A stretch of 32,000 bases of DNA from Propionibacteriaceae bacterium. Lineage in GTDB: Bacteria; Actinomycetota; Actinomycetes; Propionibacteriales; Propionibacteriaceae. The notes beneath the pieces are model-generated. The model was not told where the DNA came from. It did not search any database and saw nothing but the letters and a program-made list of their open reading frames with translations. A program made the translations under genes and the position numbers. The stretch covers positions 120,001 to 152,000 of the forward strand of contig JAIRQE010000019.1 of assembly GCA_031256725.1 (NCBI GenBank). The letters are read 5' to 3'. Shown here piece after piece: positions 8,066 to 14,636 of the stretch; position 1 is the stretch's first letter; every line of letters begins with the position of its first letter.

Positions 8066-8607
8066 GCGTTGCCTCCTTGGACATAGCAGCCTTGTGGGCT
8101 GGTGGTTGCGCCGTCGAGGCCGACGGCTCCGTGGTCGGCGAGCCACCTGTTGGAGTCGATGACTTGGCGGTAGTCGTTGTTTGGTCTGATATCGAAGTGC
8201 AGGTGCGGGCCGGTCGAGTTGCCGTTGCTGCCAACGTCGGCGATGTGTTGCCCGGCGACAACGTGGTCCCCAGCTTGGACGTAGAGGTGGTCGTCCCACA
8301 TGTGCCCGTACAAGCTGGTGTAAGCGCCGCCGACAGCGTGGTTGATGAGGATGGCGTTGGCGACGGGTTCCCAGGTGGCGTACCGCTCGGGGTAGGCGGA
8401 CACTTCGACGGCTTGCACAGCGGTACCTTTTGACAGCGACTGCCAGTTGGGGATGTCGAACAGGCCACGCGGGGACGGGTAGCTGGGGCCAGTCGATCCG
8501 CCGAGGAACGCCCGGACTTGGTAGGCGGGGTCCATGAGATCTTTGACGCTGCCCCACCCGGATTGGTGGCGCACCCGTACTACCCGATCTATCCCAGCGA
8601 CACGCAT
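8062..8607 (-). CDS. M23-family peptidase fragment fused to the tail of a lysozyme-like domain (probably degenerate)
   Basis: The ORF contains the C-terminal M23 block YGHM....VQAGDHVVAGQHIADVGSNGNSTGPHLHFDIR. Its N-terminal part (HQSGWGSVKDLMDPAYQ...AVQAVEVSAYPERYATWEP) resembles the end of the transglycosylase-like domain of ICE cell-wall hydrolases. There is no signal peptide, the HxxxD zinc motif is missing, and the frame is closed upstream at about 8686. Confidence 0.6.
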   Translation of the reverse strand: MRVAGIDRVVRVRHQSGWGSVKDLMDPAYQVRAFLGGSTGPSYPSPRGLFDIPNWQSLSKGTAVQAVEVSAYPERYATWEPVANAILINHAVGGAYTSLYGHMWDDHLYVQAGDHVVAGQHIADVGSNGNSTGPHLHFDIRPNNDYRQVIDSNRWLADHGAVGLDGATTSPQGCYVQGGNA

Positions 8608-9025
8608 TCGCCCGTTGCTGACCTCAACCTTGGGTCGATGCGTAGTGGTAGTACTCGTCTTATTTCCAGACCGAGCCGTCGGTTAGCTCGACGATGGTCT
8701 CGCCCGACTATCCGTTCCACGAACCGTTTATCTAAAGCATCTCTGCCTCCTTCCTCTTGATGTCGCTTTGCAGTCGACTGGCGCTGACCGACGTTCACGA
8801 CAGTACGGGTGGCCACCGACATTCCTGACCGGGACGGGGAGCGGGTGGTGCACTTACCAGGCATGAACGAACGGCTCGCGCGCATTGAGAAGGACATCGC
8901 CAAAGCGCTCAACAACGGTGACCTGGCGCGGGTCCGCAGACTGGCAAAGCAATGGAGCCGCCTGTGGCTGCTGAACCGGGTGAAGCAGCATGGCTGCAAT
9001 CACCGCCGACCAAGTACGCTAACTA

Positions 9026-9361
9026 TTGACCGGCACCCACGAGTTCCTCACCAGCGCCGAAGCCGCCACCAAAGCCCGAGACGCCCTCGGCATCCTGTTC
9101 ATCGACGTGGCGCGAAAATCCAAGATCGGCCTACGCGACCTGTCAGCCGTTAGTGGCCTGCATCGCTCCACCGTCCGTGCGATGATCCAACGCGCTATCG
9201 GCCCCGGCCTCCCCGACGGCTTTGAGCAACCTGAGCTTCCGGTCTACGTTGACCTGGCGGTCGGACACGCTGTTCACGCGGAGACAACAACTGCCGACCA
9301 CCTTCAGATCGTCTCGCCGTCCCGTGCCGCCACGAACCACAGCCCGGCGGTGAACCTCTAG
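9026..9361 (+). CDS. hypothetical HTH-like protein
   Basis: 111-aa ORF with a TTG start and high third-position GC, like the island. It has a possible HTH at IGLRDLSAVSGLHRSTVRAMIQ. I recognise no family. Confidence 0.4.
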   Translation: MTGTHEFLTSAEAATKARDALGILFIDVARKSKIGLRDLSAVSGLHRSTVRAMIQRAIGPGLPDGFEQPELPVYVDLAVGHAVHAETTTADHLQIVSPSRAATNHSPAVNL

Positions 9362-9678
9362 CCCCTGTGCATGGACCGACGGACAGTGGCCGGATCGACA
9401 CCGAAGCGTTCGCCAAGACGGTTGTAGCTCCAACCCTCGGCGCGCAGTCGGGCGACCTCATCGCGTTGCGACTCGTTCAATACGAGCCTCCGCATCGTCA
9501 CGTCGTGCCGCTCCAAGATTCGACTCACCGTGGTCCGGTGGATGCTGAACTCGGCACCCAGTTCGTAGACTGTCTTGCCGTTCTTGTACTCCTCGACGAG
9601 CCGGTCAACCTCGTCCTGGCTGAGTTGCCGTACCTTCCGACGAACGGGCTTCGGGGCCATACTGCGCTTGACAAGCAT
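9358..9678 (-). CDS. tandem helix-turn-helix DNA-binding protein (resolvase/sigma-70 region 4-like HTH x2)
   Basis: This is the C-terminal 106 aa of the 253-aa ORF. It has two HTH units, LSQDEVDRLVEEYKNGKTVYELGAEFSIHRTTVSRIL and ESQRDEVARLRAEGWSYNRLGERFGVDPATVRRSM. The start is uncertain (Met at 9678 or 9660, with no clear RBS). Confidence 0.55.
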   Translation of the reverse strand: MLVKRSMAPKPVRRKVRQLSQDEVDRLVEEYKNGKTVYELGAEFSIHRTTVSRILERHDVTMRRLVLNESQRDEVARLRAEGWSYNRLGERFGVDPATVRRSMHRG

Positions 9679-9780
9679 TTTCGGTAACTTAGGGGCGGTT
9701 CGAGTAGCGTCCAGGAAGGCCCACCAAAGTTCGCTTATCCGAACACCTGGCCTTGAAATGATTTCACCGTCGAGTGCAAG

Positions 9781-10071
9781 ATGACCCAAGCCCAAGTGCA
9801 ACGCAAGCAGAAGCGCACCGAGCAGGAAGTCACCTCGAAGGTCGATTGGGCAAAAACCGAACACGGCATCACGGTGAGTCATCTCCGCGACGAGTTGGCC
9901 GCCGCTCCGACCGAGGCCGACAAGGTGATGGACAGAATCGATACTTTGAAACACTTCATTGAAGAAACCTTTCCCCTCTTGGCTTCTCAGGTTGAGTCTC
10001 TTCCACGTGAACCAAAGAAGGACTGGGATGAACTCAATACCATCTTTCAAAGGATACTGAGTACCATGTGA
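9781..10071 (+). CDS. hypothetical protein (helical)
   Basis: 96-aa ATG ORF that reads more protein-like than the antisense extension of the 9358-10119 ORF. The RBS is weak and I recognise no family. Confidence 0.3.
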   Translation: MTQAQVQRKQKRTEQEVTSKVDWAKTEHGITVSHLRDELAAAPTEADKVMDRIDTLKHFIEETFPLLASQVESLPREPKKDWDELNTIFQRILSTM

Positions 10072-10087
10072 GGTCCAAGGCAGATTT

Positions 10088-11101
10088 TCAGGGGAATCGG
10101 GGCGAACAGGTGGATTCACGTACTACCAAAGAGGTGGCCAACTGTATATTCGTGGTGCCAGGATAGCCTTGACCGTTTGTGATAGACAGAAGGATTCTGG
10201 TCGCCTGGCGGGCCATATCTTCTAGCGGTTGGCGAATCGTTGTCAAGGTTGGAATCATCCAATCACACAGAGGTGAATCATCAAAGCCGACAACTGAAAG
10301 GTCTTGGGGAAGGATGAGTCCCTCTTCGCTCGCCGCACGATAAACACCATTAGCTTGAAGGTCGGACCCGGCAAAGATAGCAGTAGGCGGATCGGGTAAA
10401 GCCAGGAGAGCCTTAGCCGCCTTGTACCCTCCCTCGACTTCGAAATCACCATAATGAACATAGTCCGGGTTGGGTTGGATCCCTGCTCGCGCAAGCCCAG
10501 CTTGGTACCCGTCAAGGCGTTGTTGAGCACAGGTGATGTTTTTGGGGCCTGTGATGATAGCAATACGGCGGTGGCCCAATTCGACCAAATGATCCACCGC
10601 CGTACGCCCCCCCTCGGTATTTGTTGCTCCCACGACGGGTACCCCTGGAGGAACAATCCCAATGGGATCTACGATCACATAAGGAATCCTCAACCTCGCC
10701 AACTCAGAATCAACACCATCAGTGAGCCGGGAGACCACCAGAACTAACCCATCGGAGTGACGTCTAGAGAGCCGGTCGATCCACTGGGGGTTACCCATGT
10801 CGCGCCCATGGGAGACCGAGATCACTAGGCCCACACCCGCTTGAGCAGCCTCAGATTCAGCACCCGCCAACACACAACTCGCCCAAGGGTTACTGATGCC
10901 ACGCAGTACCAAATCAATCAACTTAGCCCGCTTCTGGATCCCTTTTCCTCGGGGACGGTACCCCACCTGTTTCGCTAGATCGAGGATCTGGTCTCGTACT
11001 GGTCCACTGATTCCGGGGCGACCATTGAGTACCTTCGAAACGGTCGCCACTGATGTATCGGCCATCTTAGCGATATCCGCAATGGTGATCCGATCCACCA
11101 T
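10088..11101 (-). CDS. LacI/GalR-family transcriptional regulator
   Basis: 337 aa from ATG 11101, with RBS GGAGGAAAG. The N-terminal HTH is ITIADIAKMADTSVATVSKVLNG, followed by a periplasmic-binding-fold body. The longer 421-aa version overlaps the permease gene and was rejected. Confidence 0.9.
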   Translation of the reverse strand: MVDRITIADIAKMADTSVATVSKVLNGRPGISGPVRDQILDLAKQVGYRPRGKGIQKRAKLIDLVLRGISNPWASCVLAGAESEAAQAGVGLVISVSHGRDMGNPQWIDRLSRRHSDGLVLVVSRLTDGVDSELARLRIPYVIVDPIGIVPPGVPVVGATNTEGGRTAVDHLVELGHRRIAIITGPKNITCAQQRLDGYQAGLARAGIQPNPDYVHYGDFEVEGGYKAAKALLALPDPPTAIFAGSDLQANGVYRAASEEGLILPQDLSVVGFDDSPLCDWMIPTLTTIRQPLEDMARQATRILLSITNGQGYPGTTNIQLATSLVVRESTCSPRFP

Positions 11102-11130
11102 CTTTCCTCCAGACCTAAAACCAGACAGGA

Positions 11131-12015
11131 CTAGCCTTTCACTGCACCTGCCAAGCCACCAACAATTTGCTTCTCCGCAATGAGAAAGAATACCAAAGCT
11201 GGCACCATCGAGATAGCCGTGTACGCCAAAACTGAGCCAGTATCTTGGGAGTACTGAGTCGCGAACTGAGTCGCCCCGAGAGGCAGAGTCCACGAATCTT
11301 GAGGCATCCCACCAGCAGCCATGACCAGTAATGGCAGGAGGTAGGCATTCCATGATCCAATGAAAGCCAAGACGCCCACAGTCACCAATCCAGGCATTGA
11401 CAAGGGAAGAAGAATCCTCCAGAAGAAGCCAATCCGGGTGGTACCGTCAATGGCAGCAGCCTCCTCAAGTTCATCAGGAATGGCTCGCAGGAATGGTACC
11501 AAAATGATGACTGTTACCGGTAGGGCGAAGGCTATCTGAGGAAGAATCACTCCAAGATGGGTACCATGTAGCCCGATGTTGCGAACAAGGATATTCAACG
11601 GAAGTGAAGCCACTGTGAGTGGGAACATCAACCCTGCTGTGAACAGAGCATAGAGTGCTTGACGCCCCTTGAAGGAGTACCGAGCAATAACGAAAGCTGC
11701 CATAAGTCCCAAGACGACCACACCCAAGGTGGTACTGGCCCCAATGATGACCGAGGATGATAAAGATCCCCAGAACCTCTCAGAAGACAGCACTCGGGAA
11801 TAGTTGTCAATGATCCACGGGTTGGGAAGGCCTCCAGGATTGGAGTTAATGTCCACACCGGAACGGAAGCCACCAATCCAGACGTAGATCACTGGTACCA
11901 CAGAAGACAGAATCGCCACGATGGCGACAAGGTAGACCGCCATATGGGACAAAGCCTTGGTCACTGCATAGGGATCAGTTCGAGAGTCTTGGTGAGTCTT
12001 TGATTGTTGACCCAT
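11131..12015 (-). CDS. carbohydrate ABC transporter permease (MalG-like)
   Basis: 294 aa from ATG 12015, which lies 1 nt after the upstream stop. It has multiple TM helices and the EAA loop PDELEEAAAIDGTTRIGFFWRILLP. Confidence 0.9.
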   Translation of the reverse strand: MGQQSKTHQDSRTDPYAVTKALSHMAVYLVAIVAILSSVVPVIYVWIGGFRSGVDINSNPGGLPNPWIIDNYSRVLSSERFWGSLSSSVIIGASTTLGVVVLGLMAAFVIARYSFKGRQALYALFTAGLMFPLTVASLPLNILVRNIGLHGTHLGVILPQIAFALPVTVIILVPFLRAIPDELEEAAAIDGTTRIGFFWRILLPLSMPGLVTVGVLAFIGSWNAYLLPLLVMAAGGMPQDSWTLPLGATQFATQYSQDTGSVLAYTAISMVPALVFFLIAEKQIVGGLAGAVKG

Positions 12016-12016
12016 A

Positions 12017-13021
12017 TCAACGCACCCCCCTAGTGATCGCACCTTCAAGATCCCGGCGCATCGCAAAGCGTTGGTACACGAGAGCCACTGTCAATGAAAT
12101 CGCGAAGAGGATCACCGCAATAGCACTGCCATATCCGGGCGCTGTCTGACCATTTTTCAGCATGTAGACCGCCATTGTATTTGTAGAATTCAGTGGACCT
12201 CCACTGGTTGTGACCCAGACCATGTCGAAGAGTTGGAGGGAACCAATCATCGACAAGAAGACCCAGATGCGGATCGTTGGACCCAGGAGCGGCAAGGTGA
12301 TGTGCCATTGGGTTTTCCACCACCCAGCACCATCAATAGCAGCTGCTTCATGGAGTTCCTCGGGTACACTCTGAAGCCCGGCCAGCATAATGAGTACAGC
12401 GAACCCAAGATATTTCCAGGTCAGGATTCCGAACATCACCCATAGTGCAATACTCGGGTCACCAAGAGCTCCATCACTAGGAGCGGGAAGTCCGATGGCT
12501 GTTATCCAGGAGTTGATGGCCCCTCGCGGCGAAAGCAGGAGGCTCCACGACAGAGCAGCGATAGCCTCTGCGAGAACATAGGGTACAAAGATGGCTGCAC
12601 GAATGAAACCCCGTCCACGCATCTTTCGGTTCAACAGAAGTGCAACGAGAATCGCTAAAGGACCCTGGATGAGGATTGATGCGATGAGGATGAAGAAGTT
12701 GTTCCCGATGGCTTGTATGAAATCAGGATCAGTGAAAGCTTGGATGTAATTATCGAGTCCATTGAAGCAAGATGTTCCCCGCACTCGCTCTGGTGAACTA
12801 CAGGAAATGTTGTTCAGTGATGCTACGCCATTCCAACGGTAGAGGCTATAGTACGCAGCCTGGATGACCGGGACAATGACGAAGGTGACGAAAACGACCA
12901 AAGCTGGACCGACGAAGATGATGATCTCCGCCCATTTGCGTAGATTCGAATCCTTACGCTTGGATTTGGATGAGGCAGGACCCGCCACGAGTGCGGGCCC
13001 TGCCTGAGTAGAAGTTGACAT
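12017..13021 (-). CDS. carbohydrate ABC transporter permease (MalF-like)
   Basis: 334 aa from ATG 13021. It has the EAA loop VPEELHEAAAIDGAGWWKTQWHITLP and TM helices. Confidence 0.9.
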   Translation of the reverse strand: MSTSTQAGPALVAGPASSKSKRKDSNLRKWAEIIIFVGPALVVFVTFVIVPVIQAAYYSLYRWNGVASLNNISCSSPERVRGTSCFNGLDNYIQAFTDPDFIQAIGNNFFILIASILIQGPLAILVALLLNRKMRGRGFIRAAIFVPYVLAEAIAALSWSLLLSPRGAINSWITAIGLPAPSDGALGDPSIALWVMFGILTWKYLGFAVLIMLAGLQSVPEELHEAAAIDGAGWWKTQWHITLPLLGPTIRIWVFLSMIGSLQLFDMVWVTTSGGPLNSTNTMAVYMLKNGQTAPGYGSAIAVILFAISLTVALVYQRFAMRRDLEGAITRGVR

Positions 13022-13028
13022 TGTTGGA

Positions 13029-14333
13029 TTACTGCTTTGCGGCTGTATCCTCGAGTGCTTTGACAACAGACTCAGGGGTACCCTTGCCTGCCATAAGGTC
13101 GACGACTGCCTGGTTGAGTGGGGAACCGAAGTCCGGACCAAGAGCCGAATCCAGCCACAGTTGCACATAAGTAGCATCAGCTAGGCCATCAGCAACCATC
13201 TTCAGGTTGACATCAGTGAGCCCAGAGGTACCCGCAGGATTGGTGGGGATACCCGAACCGGTCTCTGCGAAGCGCTTCTGAACATCATCAGATACTATGT
13301 AAGCTACTAATTCGACTGCAACATCAGGAGCGTCTTTGTAGACTCCCCATCCGTCACCGCCACCCATAGCGATGCCAGGAAGACCAGCAGCACCTGGGAC
13401 TGAAACCATGGGGAACCATCCAACGAATTCAGGAACTACTCCACCAGGAGCCAGTTCACCGATCTTGCCGGAGTTCCAGTGGCCCATCAGTTCCATACCG
13501 GCATTGCCATTGGCCACGAGACCAGCAGAGGAATCTGCACCAGTCTGTGCTGAGGTTGCCAACCAACCATCCTGGAAAGGCTTGGTGTCAACGAATTCTT
13601 TAAGTAGGGTTCCTGCTTCCACCCAGCAAGGGTCGGAGAAGTCGAGCTGTGGAATGGCAGATTCCAAGGTCTCCACCGAACAAGAGGCGAGAGCGAATTG
13701 GTACCACCAGTGACCGGCTGGCCACAGGTCTTTGGCACCCACGGCAATCGGGGCAACATTGATAGCCTTGAGCTTGGCGACAGCGTCGTTCAATTCAGGC
13801 AGTGTCGTGGGAACCTGAGCGATTCCAGCTTCCTCGAAGAGATTCTTATTATACCAGAATCCTTCAATCCCGAAGGTGTAGGGAACGCCGTATTGCTTGC
13901 CATCAACCTGCCATGGGTTAATTGAGCTACCCAGCTTGGAAAGGGAACTCGCAGCAGAGGTTGTGAGATCCTTGAGGTACCCCGCCTGAACCTGAGAGCG
14001 AACCTCGCCACCAGGCCACACCATGAAGACATCTGGGGCAGCATCTCCACCAGCTAGAAGTGCTTGGGGGATCAATGTACGTTGAAGATCCTCGTTCTGG
14101 TACCCAGTCACAGTGATCTTCACACCAGGGTGATCATTTTCGAATTCCTTGGCGACCTGTTCCCAGACCCCCTTCAGCGGATCAGAAGTCGCGTTGTGCC
14201 ACCAGGTTAGTTCAACGGTCTCGGTGCCCGTATCCCCGGTGTTACCTGGATCAGCGGTTGTGGCGCATGCAGACAGCACGAGGGTACTGGCAGCCATGAT
14301 GATGCCTATTGCAGTCAGTTTTATAACTCGCAT
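13029..14333 (-). CDS. ABC transporter sugar-binding lipoprotein (solute-binding family 1)
   Basis: 434 aa with a signal peptide and lipobox (LVLSAC) and RBS GAGGAGGA. It is the first gene of the importer operon. No ATPase gene is present in the operon. Confidence 0.9.
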   Translation of the reverse strand: MRVIKLTAIGIIMAASTLVLSACATTADPGNTGDTGTETVELTWWHNATSDPLKGVWEQVAKEFENDHPGVKITVTGYQNEDLQRTLIPQALLAGGDAAPDVFMVWPGGEVRSQVQAGYLKDLTTSAASSLSKLGSSINPWQVDGKQYGVPYTFGIEGFWYNKNLFEEAGIAQVPTTLPELNDAVAKLKAINVAPIAVGAKDLWPAGHWWYQFALASCSVETLESAIPQLDFSDPCWVEAGTLLKEFVDTKPFQDGWLATSAQTGADSSAGLVANGNAGMELMGHWNSGKIGELAPGGVVPEFVGWFPMVSVPGAAGLPGIAMGGGDGWGVYKDAPDVAVELVAYIVSDDVQKRFAETGSGIPTNPAGTSGLTDVNLKMVADGLADATYVQLWLDSALGPDFGSPLNQAVVDLMAGKGTPESVVKALEDTAAKQ

Positions 14334-14483
14334 TTCAGAGATTCCTCCTCTTTGAGCTTCCCGGATTTGTCCGGTTTGTAGGTCATGAGTGGACTAGTGG
14401 ATTACTCCTTGAACTAGTCATGAAAGTTAGGTTACGACAGAAGAGCACCAGTTTTGGTCACAAAACGGTAACAAAGGAAATTC

Positions 14484-14498
14484 GTGAGAAAGTTTCAC
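14484..14498. promoter_or_regulatory. candidate LacI-type operator 1 (imperfect palindrome)
   Basis: GTGAGAAAgTTTCAC shares the core GAAAGTTTC with operator 2. It lies in the divergent intergenic region between the binding-protein gene and the GH3 gene. Confidence 0.35.
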
Positions 14499-14583
14499 GC
14501 TCATTACATCTTCTGATGGCATTCATCATCAGTATTAGTGCTGGTAACATACGATTCAGGGAGGGAGGTTAGGAAGTCATTGT

Positions 14584-14598
14584 TACGAAAGTTTCGTA
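14584..14598. promoter_or_regulatory. candidate LacI-type operator 2 (perfect 7-1-7 palindrome)
   Basis: TACGAAA-g-TTTCGTA lies 39 nt upstream of the GH3 start codon. Confidence 0.45.
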
Positions 14599-14620
14599 CT
14601 TTGCACTTCAGGAAAGTACG
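14595..14620 (+). promoter_or_regulatory. 8-bp inverted repeat in the GH3 leader, adjacent to the RBS
   Basis: CGTACTTT-10 nt-AAAGTACG ends directly before TAAAGGAG (the RBS). Its left arm overlaps operator 2. Confidence 0.3.
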
Positions 14621-14636
14621 TAAAGGAGCCACGAAT

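Noticed and set aside
7704-8557. Two 254-aa minus ORFs (7704-8468, 7793-8557) overlapping the M23 gene
   Set aside because: These are alternative frames with Pro/Thr/Arg-rich low-complexity translations. Only the last 273 nt of the 7793-8557 frame, from ATG 8065 with an AAGGAGG RBS, is retained as the DUF6112-like gene.
8589-8999. 136-aa minus ORF upstream of the M23 fragment
   Set aside because: Its sequence is Arg/Ser-rich and unlike a protein. It is antisense to a more plausible plus-strand frame and has no link to the hydrolase N-terminus.
9679-10119. N-terminal 147-aa extension of the tandem-HTH ORF (full ORF 9358-10119)
   Set aside because: The extension has no recognisable fold and overlaps the LacI gene's 3' end. 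It is antisense to a better-looking plus ORF, and the HTH homology begins only after Met148/Met154.
12940-12960. agattcgaatccttacgct resembling the tRNA T-loop/3' end (possible attR)
   Set aside because: Only about 9-11 nt match. The site lies inside the conserved N-terminal coding region of a core permease, 10 kb from the tRNA and outside the GC-rich block. It is most likely chance.
11102-14636. Long upstream extensions of the LacI, permease, permease and GH3 ORFs (track starts at 11353, 12066, 13177 and 14538)
   Set aside because: Each extension overlaps the preceding gene or lacks an RBS. Internal ATGs with RBS sequences and tight gene spacing give standard-length proteins.
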